Shown here piece after piece: positions 24,565 through 37,286 of a DNA stretch of 64,000 nt (the stretch's first letter is position 1; each line of letters opens with the position of its first letter). Location of the stretch: the NCBI GenBank assembly GCA_051294905.1, contig JBPPKV010000031.1:62001-126000 (forward strand), given 5' to 3'. The stretch comes from Botryllus schlosseri (taxonomy: Eukaryota). Below the pieces are notes generated by a model. The model was given only the letters and a program-made list of their open reading frames with translations, was not told where the DNA came from and ran no database searches. Position numbers and translations under genes: made by a program.

Positions 24565-25005
24565 TAGGGTTGCATTTAAAACATAAATCAATTTAAAACA
24601 AACATGTTTAAAACAAAGCCTTTGTTTAAAACATGTTTTTTATAGTTTTTTTGAGCCGTGATGTCACGAATATTCATTGTGACGTCATAGTGGATTGACA
24701 TGAACAATTGAAAATATAGGGTAAATATAGCTCATTTGACGAAATATCTGTACTATCGCTGTTGAACCGACTATTTTGAGGGTTCCAGCCATCCCATATC
24801 GATATACGTTGGCTATATCGGGTGTTGATTGTCCGGAGGCTCATACAACATGTTTTTTGGAAAGTATTTACGCAATTATGGCATAATTTTACAACAACAA
24901 AAAAACAAAATTTTGTTTTTTTTCAAATGCCTTTGTTTAAAACACTGTTTAAAACATGTTTTAAACAGAGTGTTTTAAACACCGTTTGTTTTAAATGCAA
25001 CCCTA
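24565..25005. mobile_element. hAT-type MITE, copy 5.
   Basis: Perfect 19 bp TIRs; ATTGTCAG on both sides. Confidence 0.9.
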
Positions 25006-28000
25006 ATTGTCAGCCATCGAAGGGATTGGAGCTTTCGGTGTTGTAGACCAGTAGCAATCTATCTACCTACCTAAAGCCATTGAATTTACGTTCCATGAAC
25101 AGCTCAGTGCTCACCGCAACGAGCATCTTGTGCATCGAACATGTATGGTTATGGACGTTTAGATTTCTCGCCAGCAATTTTAGCGGCCTTAAATTGTTTC
25201 TCATGGGTGCGTAAGTCGGCTACCAATCGCATCATATCATATCATTTTTTTTCACCTGTATGAGGTTTCGTATTTTATCGTCCATTTGGTCAATTATTGT
25301 CATCGAATGCAGTAGGAGGACGCTTGCAGACAGATAACAACGTAGGTTATACTCGATTTACCAAAAAAAATTAGCAACCCAATTTGCAATTTCAATCATT
25401 TTCAGAATGCAATGACTTGAGCAATCGGTGTAATCGGTGATTTTATTATTTTCATTTCTTGTACTTGAAGAATCCTACTAGATTTAAAATTGACTTGACG
25501 TGACTCGGGTGAAACTAAAAATGTGCTCCTACTTTATATGTCTTGTGACTCGAAGGCAGCGTCTTGTTCCCAGCGTTTGTCGGCACGCGGCCGTTATTGC
25601 GCAGCGATAGAATCGTGCTAACTTGTTGAGCCTTGTCTTCGGTCGCTGTCGATTCCCATGCCTTGTTTTCAAAGCGAGCGTGCGTTATCGCCCGTTCCGG
25701 CATGTTGTTCCATTAATCGTCCGGTGAGGAGCTCACGAATACCGGATGAAATCTGCATTCGTTGGTTACGGAACGCGTTGGTGACGTAGCCTACCTCTGT
25801 TGCATCGCCTGTCGAGGATTGGGTGAGGCCGACTTTTGATGAGGAGGTCACAATTGATTTACCATTCCGCCATGTCGACGTGGAAAATTCGATCCTACCT
25901 GGTTCACTGTCACCAGTATTCACCAACCGTAAATACTATATTTCATCATGAGACCAACAGATAGGCGCTAGCGCGTCGCGCTCTGCAGTGGGGCAGTCTT
26001 CGGAATGATGTCACGATAAGCTTTGAAGCACGGAAGTCTGTTTACAGGTTAGCACTATTATCTCACCACGCAATAAAGATACGCTTACCAACACATGTTA
26101 TTGCGTCGGCGTGTAGCGCACAGAGCTGGTGAAAGTAGTCAATAAAACTACTGAAGTAGAAGCAAAAGTTTCGACGCAATAATCTGCCCGTGGACGAGTA
26201 GAGAGTGCTTTTAAAAGCAACCTCATAATACTTCAAGTAGACGTGGATTAGGCTGGCTTTAAATCTACTCAAGTAGGTAAGTAAGTAGTGAAAACATTCA
26301 TAATACCTTCCATGGACTGTAAAACGCTGCGAATTGAGCTAGGCGAAAGGGGCCGAGAGCATGATTCATATTGATGCATCCCAGGAGATGTACCTTTTTC
26401 GACAACATAAGCATTGGGCCGCATCATGGGACCCAAATGATAGTTTTGCTATGGAAAAGCGATTCTAATCTTTTGTTTACTCGCACACCCCGTTTCAGAA
26501 AATGGCATGGCACCGTTCCTCTTATTATAAGGTCCGTAGATTAGTCGAAGAGCTATACGGAGAATTTGCATTCAACACGGTTATAACAATGTGAGCAACT
26601 AGTGTACGTTATAAAAATATGGCGGATCGTGAAACTGCCTTATTCTGTAAATTTATTTCTGGAGAATGGAGGTACTTGGTTTTAAACTTCAACATGTATT
26701 TTCTCAGAACAAAAAGAATGAAATTAATCAGAAGAGCTCAAAGTTATGATGCTGCGAATTACAAGAGAAATAAAAATACTGCTTCTAAATAGCGGAAAAT
26801 GTATTTCGTGTCTTTCGTCCAGAAACCGTCAACGGTGGTATGCTAGAACAGGTCTAAGGCTCAAAGAAGTCGGTGACCACTTTCCAGAATAGAACACGCC
26901 ATGTGCTGCCAGATTACGATAACACAGGTAGACGCCAGATTGCGCAACGGTAGTTCCAAACGTTTTGGTGAGCCATATGTATTGTGATGAAACATGTGAT
27001 ATGTGATATGAACGGAACCACGCAACCCGCTACCTAGATTATGTTCACCAATACTTCCGTGAAGACATAGTTGTCACTCCACAGCTAATTTTCGCGAAGC
27101 GCGATGAAAACTCTGGGCTTTCCCTAACTTTTGTGAAAATGGAATTGTTGTTGGTACGCCGTGAAAACAGATCCGAAATTCCTCAGTCTCTCACTCCCTC
27201 TGATTGGCGATATTAGCCTACTTGTACTTGACAAACCGAAAATAGAGAAAAGAAAGTAAGCCAATCGCAAAATTATACGAAGTAAAAGTAGCGGGAACTT
27301 GAATTTACTAGAGTAAGTTTTCAACTACACGAGTCCTCCGAAAAAGCAGAAGTATATCTTTACTAGCCACTTTTGGTGTAGCGCGTATGTTGATTTGAGT
27401 GTATTTAGCGCATGTGATGCTATACCCAAGCGAGATACATCCACCACGCGTCGTAAGAGAGGGACTGACATTTCAGGAGGTCTCGCCACCAACACCACAA
27501 GAAGACGGGCCGTAGCTGTTGTTTTTGGAATCCATGGTGTCGATTACTAAGGTCCTTTTACACAAGGCCGATAATATTCCTTATTAATCTTTGTCTGCCG
27601 ACTAGTAGCACGGCCGTCTTTCATTCTAGGCGTTCGTACGACACCGCTAACGAGGCGGATCACAAGACCACGACGGGTCTAGATACATCCGGAGAGAGAC
27701 GGACTGTAGCAAGCTAGTACACCGGTTTGCTTTTACGCGGGCGAGTTGAGCCACTTCGGTGAACGCGCGTACGACTATCAGCGGGGTCGGGGCCGCAACA
27801 ACGGGAAATTGTGTTGGACACGCGGACGTTGATTGATTCCGACTGCGCGTGGCGAAATCGTCAAGACGTGTTGCGTAACTGCCGTGTCGAATGCCAGCCG
27901 CTTTCGTCACAACCGGATCTTCCTTCGATTCGAGTGCCCGCGAGTTGAATATGCCACGACCACTTGTTCTGCAGAACGTCCACTCGAGAGATCGCTTTGC

Positions 28001-29181
28001 AAGTCGTCGCAGCGAGAGACCTCTCGTTACACGTTGGCATCATCCACGAATCCCGCTGTGCGAGAAGATTACGCCACGATCACGACGCGTCATAGCAGGC
28101 GAATGACGGCAGTGTCCTCGTTGGACTTAACGAACTCGACTCGGCGTGCCTTGGAGCGTATCGTGTCCTTACCGCGAGAGCAAAAAATCCGTTTGACCCG
28201 CCGTTTGACCCTTACCGATTCCCGATGCATTCTACCGCACAAGGCGGGCACATTTCACCGATCGTTGCCCAGCACGTGCCTCGATGGGTAGTTCGGAGAT
28301 CATCAATTGCTATCAGACACCGGGAACGTCAATGGAATCCGTACGAAACATGAATACACTCACACACATTCGTTATGAGTCGGAGTAAAACATGACATTC
28401 ATTGTAACTCGTTTTTGTAGCCCGACGACTGACTTATTCGTGCTTTTTGGATTGTTACTCCGCCCACGTGATTATCTTTCAACACAAAACTTGTTGACCG
28501 CCCCATCCCATCCGCAACACGTTCCACTCGCCATTTACCGTTCCGCCCGTCACATTGCATGAAGCATTGGGATAAGGGGGCGCTGTTCCACCGCGCACGT
28601 GGTGTTCGTTGATTGCGAAACGGACACTTCAACTGCGTAGGGCCTACACGAAGGGGCGCTGTTCCAACACCCCCGTAATTTCCGTTGGTTACGAAACACA
28701 CTCGTAAACAGCGTATCTAGATGGGCAAAACAAGTCCCATTTGCCGAGTCAATATTTGTTTCCTTTTCGTCGGTAGCATATCTTGGATTAGCCGGGAGGG
28801 GGGCGTTATTTCACCGCCCACTTACTTCTCCGTGTTTACTGCTCGGGTGCGGGCAGTACCTGCACTCAACGTGTGTTGCAAGGCAGCAGATTGTGCACAG
28901 ATTGCGGATGCTGGATTTTTTCTCTTTCGTTACGTTCCGAGTGCTGGGGGCGTTGTTCTCTCACTTCTTCGATATCATCATGAGAGAGAGCTTGCGGAGG
29001 AGAGTGCTGCGCTATGGCAGAAGCGAAAAGACGACGAAGAAGAATTTTTTTCATCTCTCTCTCTCGTTCTCTCTCAGTCCCACGCGCCATACCGGCTACG
29101 CCGTGCCAAAACCTATAAAGCGCGGCGGTACAGAAGGCATTTATTCAGCTTCTAAATCAAGCAACGAAGAAAACGAACAAA

Positions 29182-29960
29182 ATGCGTCTGTTGATCATCC
29201 TCGCTATCGCCAGTGCCGCTTCGGCCGCATACTACAGCCTGAATTGCCCAGGACGTGAGTATACTGACGGACGAGACGACAAGTCGCCGCGCACTGTAAA
29301 AGCTAGACTCTAATGTTGGCCGGTTCTATTCCAGTTAGCCGCAGCCGCTATGGTTGCCAATACGCCTGCGCCATCGCACGACCAACTAGCTACAGCCCAT
29401 ACTGCGGATACAGACGCCCTGTCGTCTCTTGTGCCAATTCCAACAGCAACGTCTGCGAATACATTCCCGGAAAGTACAGATGCATCAACGTGAGACGTCC
29501 ATGCGTTCGTGCACCATGCACTCCTAAACGTCACTCCTACAGGACCGGAGGCTCCCGTAAGTAACTTTCGATCGATTCGCCCCATTTCCATACTGTTTCC
29601 CCTGGCCCGGGTTACTTTTGTTTCGGTTTACAATCTGTCCCGCAGTTGGTCGGTATTTTACACCAGGCCTCGTATGATTCCCGTGCCGTCGACAGTCATC
29701 GCAGGCTATCTGAGCTTGTGCGACACACAGCATGCGCGGTTCGCACGACGACTAGGAGCCTAAATAAGCCTCCTTCATCACTCGCGTAGCATATACTGGA
29801 GTCGTTCTCGATCTCGCGACCCATTCGTCGGTCATGCCGCGGTGAAGCGTCTGCCGCTGTGCTACTCGCCACCTACTCCTAAACCGGTCGATTTTCTTCA
29901 GGTTGCACCAGGGCCGCTCTCTGCAACTACAACCGTCACAGCTTCAGCACCCGTTGTTAG
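29182..29960 (+). CDS. Secreted 12-Cys protein, copy 5. Exons 29182-29254, 29335-29556, 29902-29960.
   Basis: Matches consensus by eye even though both flanks carry many private SNPs. Confidence 0.88.
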
Positions 29961-30705
29961 ACGACCCTGTAGAACGACGACTTCGGAATCGACTATCGCG
30001 AATTGAGATCTTAATAAACAAACTCAGCCGCGTGAAAACGTAGTTTTGTCGGTCGATGTGGAAGGGGCGTTGTTTCAGCAGTGTTGGAATCAGCTAACAG
30101 CGACTCTTAGCCAGTGCAGAATAGACACAAGCGTGTCGAGATGCTAGAATCCGCAGCTTCGTTCAACACCGCGCGATTTCCGGACAGGTCCGCAAAAGAG
30201 ATCGTCACGCGTAAACACGTTCAACTCGTCTCTGCGAAACGCGGAAAATGTACTCGGAGATTCGCACGACTTTACAGATGATCGTAATCACAAGCACTGT
30301 TCGTCAGTCGAAAATAAGATACAATTGCTCGAACACTTTTTAAATCGAGTACATTCCAATAAATTCCGAGCAGATTTCATTTCTCGATTTACGCCACGCA
30401 ATGCGTATAAAGTCACTGACTGATTCGCGTACGAAGGGAGAAAGCGCACGTCATGTAGCTGTGTTGAGATGACTCGAGCCACGTCTTGATTCGAAGCGAA
30501 ATCTCCGAGTCAAATGTCAAGTCATTTACTAATCGATGTTGACTATCTCTGTCTCGCTCTACCCGCACAATGTAGCCACAGGCACAAAAGGTGCATGCTC
30601 TCGACCCGCTGCCGTGACACGTGAGGGCAACCGTCATAGTCACTCGGCGATCGTGAAGTCCATTTCGTCCGATCCGCACATTTTCCGTCCCAAATCAATT
30701 GTCAG

Positions 30706-31144
30706 TAGGGTTGCATTTAAAACATAAATCAATTTAAAACAAACATGTTTAAAACAAAGCCTTTGTTTAAAACATGTTTTTTATAGTTTTTTTGAGCCGT
30801 GATGTCACGAATATTCATTGTGACGTCATAGTGGATTGACATGAACAATTGAAAATATAGGGTAAATATAGCTCGTTTGACGAAATATCTGTACTATCGC
30901 TGTTGAACCGACTATTTTGAGGGTTCCAGCCATCCCATATCGATATACGTTGGCTATATCGGGTGTTGATTGTCCGGAGTCTCATAAAACATGTTTTTTG
31001 GAAAGTATTTACGCAATTATGGCATAATTTTACAACAACAAAAAAACAAATTTTTTTTTTTTTAAATGCCTTTGTTTAAAACACTGTTTAAAACATGTTT
31101 TAAACAGAGTGTTTTAAACACCGTTTGTTTTAAATGCAACCCTA
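30706..31144. mobile_element. hAT-type MITE, copy 6 (439 bp, most diverged internally).
   Basis: TIRs and TSD intact. Internal substitutions at 30875, 30980 and 30987, and a remodelled T-run near 31050 with a 2 nt net loss. Confidence 0.9.
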
Positions 31145-34100
31145 ATTGTCAGCCATCGAAGGGATTGGAGCTTTCGGTGTTGTAGACCAGTAGCAATCTA
31201 TCTACCTACCTAAAGCCATTGAATTTGCGTTCCATGAACAGCTCAGTGCTCACCGCAACGAGCATCTTGTGCATCGAACATGTATGGTTATGGACGTTTA
31301 GATTTCTCGCCAGCAATTTTAGCGGCCTTAAATTGTTTCTCATGGGTGCGTAAGTCGGCTACCAATCGCATCATATCATATCATTTTTTTTCACCTGTAT
31401 GAGGTTTCGTATTTTATCGTCCATTTGGTCAATTATTGTCATCGAATGCAGTAGGAGGACGCTTGCAGACAGATAACAACGTAGGTTATACTCGATTTAC
31501 CAAAAAAAATTAGCAACCCAATTTGCAATTTCAATCATTTTCAGAATGCAATGACTTGAGCAATCGGTGTAATCGGTGATTTTATTATTTTCATTTCTTG
31601 TACTTGAAGAATCCTACTAGATTTAAAATTGACTTGACGTGACTCGGGTGAAACTAAAAATGTGCTCCTACTTTATATGTCTTGTGACTCGAAGGCAGCG
31701 TCTTGTTCCCAGCGTTTGTCGGCACGCGGCCGTTATTGCGCAGCGATAGAATCGTGCTAACTTGTTGAGCCTTGTCTTCGGTCGCTGTCGATTCCCATGC
31801 CTTGTTTTCAAAGCGAGCGTGCGTTATCGCCCGTTCCGGCATGTTGTTCCATTAATCGTCCGGTGAGGAGCTCACGAATACCGGATGAAATCTGCATTCG
31901 TTGGTTACGGAACGCGTTGGTGACGTAGCCTACCTCTGTTGCATCGCCTGTCGAGGATTGGGTGAGGCCGACTTTTGATGAGGAGGTCACAATTGATTTA
32001 CCATTCCGCCATGTCGACGTGGAAAATTCGATCCTACCTGGTTCACTGTCACCAGTATTCACCAACCGTAAATACTATATTTCATCATGAGACCAACAGA
32101 TAGGCGCTAGCGCGTCGCGCTCTGCAGTGGGGCAGTCTTCGGAATGATGTCACGATAAGCTTTGAAGCACGGAAGTCTGTTTACAGGTTAGCACTATTAT
32201 CTCACCACGCAATAAAGATACGCTTACCAACACATGTTATTGCGTCGGCGTGTAGCGCACAGAGCTGGTGAAAGTAGTCAATAAAACTACTGAAGTAGAA
32301 GCAAAAGTTTCGACGCAATAATCTGCCCGTGGACGAGTAGAGAGTGCTTTTAAAAGCAACCTCATAATACTTCAAGTAGACGTGGATTAGGCTGGCTTTA
32401 AATCTACTCAAGTAGGTAAGTAAGTAGTGAAAACATTCATAATACCTTCCATGGACTGTAAAACGCTGCGAATTGAGCTAGGCGAAAGGGGCCGAGAGCA
32501 TGATTCATATTGATGCATCCCAGGAGATGTACCTTTTTCGACAACATAAGCATTGGGCCGCATCATGGGACCCAAATGATAGTTTTGCTATGGAAAAGCG
32601 ATTCTAATCTTTTGTTTACTCGCACACCCCGTTTCAGAAAATGGCATGGCACCGTTCCTCTTATTATAAGGTCCGTAGATTAGTCGAAGAGCTATACGGA
32701 GAATTTGCATTCAACACGGTTATAACAATGTGAGCAACTAGTGTACGTTATAAAAATATGGCGGATCGTGAAACTGCCTTATTCTGTAAATTTATTTCTG
32801 GAGAATGGAGGTACTTGGTTTTAAACTTCAACATGTATTTTCTCAGAACAAAAAGAATGAAATTAATCAGAAGAGCTCAAAGTTATGATGCTGCGAATTA
32901 CAAGAGAAATAAAAATACTGCTTCTAAATAGCGGAAAATGTATTTCGTGTCTTTCGTCCAGAAACCGTCAACGGTGGTATGCTAGAACAGGTCTAAGGCT
33001 CAAAGAAGTCGGTGACCACTTTCCAGAATAGAACACGCCATGTGCTGCCAGATTACGATAACACAGGTAGACGCCAGATTGCGCAACGGTAGTTCCAAAC
33101 GTTTTGGTGAGCCATATGTATTGTGATGAAACATGTGATATGTGATATGAACGGAACCACGCAACCCGCTACCTAGATTATGTTCACCAATACTTCCGTG
33201 AAGACATAGTTGTCACTCCACAGCTAATTTTCGCGAAGCGCGATGAAAACTCTGGGCTTTCCCTAACTTTTGTGAAAATGGAATTGTTGTTGGTACGCCG
33301 TGAAAACAGATCCGAAATTCCTCAGTCTCTCACTCCCTCTGATTGGCGATATTAGCCTACTTGTACTTGACAAACCGAAAATAGAGAAAAGAAAGTAAGC
33401 AAATCGCAAAATTATACGAAGTAAAAGTAGCGGGAACTTGAATTTACTAGAGTAAGTTTTCAACTACACGAGTCCTCCGAAAAAGCAGAAGTATATCTTT
33501 ACTAGCCACTTTTGGTGTAGCGCGTATGTTGATTTGAGTGTATTTAGCGCATGTGATGCTATACCCAAGCGAGATACATCCACCACGCGTCGTAAGAGAG
33601 GGACTGACCTTTCAGGAGGTCTCGCCACCAACACCACAAGAAGACGGGCCGTAGCTGTTGTTTTTGGAATCCATGGTGTCGATTACTAAGGTCCTTTTAC
33701 ACAAGGCCGACAATATTCCTTATTAATCTTTGTCTGCCGACTAGTAGCACGGCCGTCTTTCATTCTAGGCGTTCGTACGACACCGCTAACGAGGCGGATC
33801 ACAAGACCACGACGGGTCTAGATACATCCGGAGAGAGACGGACTGTAGCAAGCTAGTACACCGGTTTGCTTTTACGCGGGCGAGTTGAGCCACTTCGGTG
33901 AACGCGCGTACGACTATCAGCGGGGTCGGGGCCGCAACAACGGGAAAGTGTGTTGGACACGCGGACGTTGATTGATTCCGACTGCGCGTGGCGAAATCGT
34001 CAAGACGTGTTGCGTAACTGCCGTGTCTAATGCCAGCCGCTTTCGTCACAACCGGATCTTCCTTCGATTCGAGTGCCCGCGAGTTGAATATGCCACGACC

Positions 34101-35321
34101 ACTTGTTCTGCAGAACGTCCACTCGAGAGATCGCTTTGCAAGTCGTCGCAGCGAGAGACCTCTCGTTACACGTTGGCATCATCCACGAATCCCGCTGTGC
34201 GAGAAGATTACGCCACGATCACGACGCGTCATAGCAGGCGAATGACGGCAGTGTCCTCGTTGGACTTAACGAACTCGACTCGGCGTGCCTTGGAGCGTAT
34301 CGTGTCCTTACCGCGAGAGCAAAAAATCCGTTTGACCCGCCGTTTGACCCTTACCAATTCCCGATGCATTCTACCGCATAAGGCAGGCACATTTCACCGA
34401 TCGTTGCCCAGCACGTGCCTCGATGGGTAGTTCGGAGATCATCAATTGCTATCAGACACCGGGAACGTCAATGGAATCCGGACGAAACATAAATACACTC
34501 ACACACATTCGTTATGAGTCGGAGTAAAACATGACATTCATTGTAACTCGTTCTTGTAGCCCGACGACTGACTTATTCGCGCTTTTTGGATTGTTACTCC
34601 GCCCGCGTGATTATCTTTCAACACAAAACTTGTTGACCGCCCCATCCCATCCGCAACACGTTCCACTCGCCATTTACCGTTCCGCCCGTCACATTGCATT
34701 AAACATTGGGATAAGGGGGCGCTGTTCCACCGCGCACGTGGTGTTCGTTGATTGCGAAACGGACACTTCAACTGCGTAGGGCCTACACGAAGGGGCGCTG
34801 TTCCAACACCCCCGTAATTTCCGTTGGTTACGAAACACACTCGTAAACAGCGTAGCTAGATGGGCAAAACAAGTCCCATTTGCCGAGTCAATATTTGTTT
34901 CCTTTTCGTCGGTAGCATATCTTGGATTAGCCGGGAGGGGGGGCGTTATTTCACCGCTCACTTACTTCTCCGTGTTTACTGCTCGGGTGCGGGCAGTACA
35001 TGCACTCAACGTGTGTTGCAAGGCAGCAGATTGTGCACAGATTGCGGATGCTGGATTTTTTCTCTTTCGTTACGTTCCGAGTGCTGGGGACGTTGTTCTC
35101 TCACTTCTTTGATATCATCATGAGGGAGAGCTTGCGGAGGAGAGTGCTGCGCTATGGCAGAAGCGAAAAGACGACGAAGAAGAATTTTTTTCATCTCTCT
35201 CTCTCGTTCTCTCTCAGTCCCACGCGCCATACCGGCTACGCCGTGCCAAAACCTATAAAGCGCGGCGGTACAGAAGGCATTTATTCAGCTTCTAAATCAA
35301 GCAACGAAGAAAACGAACAAA

Positions 35322-36100
35322 ATGCGTCTGTTGATCATCCTCGCTATCGCCAGTGCCGCTTCGGCCGCATACTACAGCCTGAATTGCCCAGGACGTGAGT
35401 ATACTGACGGACGAGACGACAAGTCGCCGCGCACTGTAAAAGCTAGACTCTAATGTTGGCCGGTTCTATTCCAGTTAGCCGCAGCCGCTATGGTTGCCAA
35501 TACGCCTGCGCCATCGCACGACCAACTAGCTACAGCCCATACTGCGGATACAGACGCCCTGTCGTCTCTTGTGCCAATTCCAACAGCAACGTCTGCGAAT
35601 ACATTCCCGGAAAGTACAGATGCATCAACGTGAGACGTCCATGCGTTCGTGCACCATGCACTCCTAAACGTCACTCCTACAGGACCGGAGGCTCCCGTAA
35701 GTAACTTTCGATCGATTCGCCCCATTTCCATACTGTTTCCCCTGGCCCGGGTTACTTTTGTTTCGGTTTACAATCTGTCCCGCAGTTGGTCGGTATTTTA
35801 CACCAGGCCTCGTATGATTCCCGTGCCGTCGACAGTCATCGCAGGCTATCTGAGCTTGTGCGACACACAGCATGCGCGGTTCGCACGACGACTAGGAGCC
35901 TAAATAAGCCTCCTTCATCACTCGCGTAGCATATACTGGAGTCGTTCTCGATCTCGCGACCCATTCGTCGGTCATGCCGCGGTGAAGCGTCTGCCGCTGT
36001 GCTACTCGCCACCTACTCCTAAACCGGTCGATTTTCTTCAGGTTGCACCAGGGCCGCTCTCTGCAACTACAACCGTCACAGCTTCAGCACCCGTTGTTAG
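35322..36100 (+). CDS. Secreted 12-Cys protein, copy 6. Exons 35322-35394, 35475-35696, 36042-36100.
   Basis: ATG, splice sites and TAG all intact; consensus protein. Confidence 0.88.
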
Positions 36101-36845
36101 ACGACCCTGTAGAACGACGACTTCGGAATCGACTATCGCGAATTGAGATCTTAATAAACAAACTCAGCCACGTGAAAACGTAGTTTTGTCGGTCGATGTG
36201 GAAGGGGCGTTGTTTCAGCAGTGTTGGAATCAGCTAACAGCGACTCTTAGCCAGTGCAGATTAGACACAAGCGTGTCGAGATGCTAGAATCCGCAGCTTC
36301 GTTCAACACCGCGCGATTTCCGGACAGGTCCGCAAAGGAGATCGTCACGCGTAAACACGTTCAACTCGTCTCTGCGAAACGCGGAAAATGTACTCGGAGA
36401 TTCGCACGACTTTACAGATGATCTTAATCACAAGCACTGTTCGTCAGTCGAAAATAAAATACAATTGCTCGAACACTTTTTAAATCGAGTACATTCCAAT
36501 AAATTCCGAGCAGATTTCATTACTCGATTTACGCCACGCAATGCGTATAAAGTCACTGACTGATTCGCGTACGAAGGGAGAAAGCGCACGTCATGTAGCA
36601 GTGTTGAGATGACTCGAGCCACGTCTTGATTCGAAGCGAAATCTCCGAGTCAAATGTCAAGTCATTTACTAATCGATGTTGACTATCTCTGTCTCGCTCT
36701 ACCCGCACAATGTAGCCACAGGCACAAAAGGTGCATGCTCTCGACCCGCTGCCGTGACACGTGAGGGCAACCGTCATAGTCACTCGGCGATCGTGAAGTC
36801 CATTTCGTCCGATCCGCACATTTTCCGTCCCAAATCAATTGTCAG

Positions 36846-37286
36846 TAGGGTTGCATTTAAAACATAAATCAATTTAAAACAAACATGTTTAAAACAAAGC
36901 CTTTGTTTAAAACATGTTTTTTATAGTTTTTTTGAGCCGTGATGTCACGAATATTCATTGTGACGTCATAGTGGATTGACATGAACAATTGAAAATATAG
37001 GGTAAATATAGCTCGTTTGACGAAATATCTGTACTATCGCTGTTGAACCGACTATTTTGAGGGTTCCAGCCATCCCATATCGATATACGTTGGCTATATC
37101 GGGTGTTGATTGTCCGGAGGCTCATACAACATGTTTTTTGGAAAGTATTTACGCAATTATGGCATAATTTTACAACAACAAAAAAACAAAATTTTGTTTT
37201 TTTTCAAATGCCTTTGTTTAAAACACTGTTTAAAACATGTTTTAAACAGAGTGTTTTAAACACCGTTTGTTTTAAATGCAACCCTA
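36846..37286. mobile_element. hAT-type MITE, copy 7.
   Basis: Perfect 19 bp TIRs; ATTGTCAG on both sides. Confidence 0.9.
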
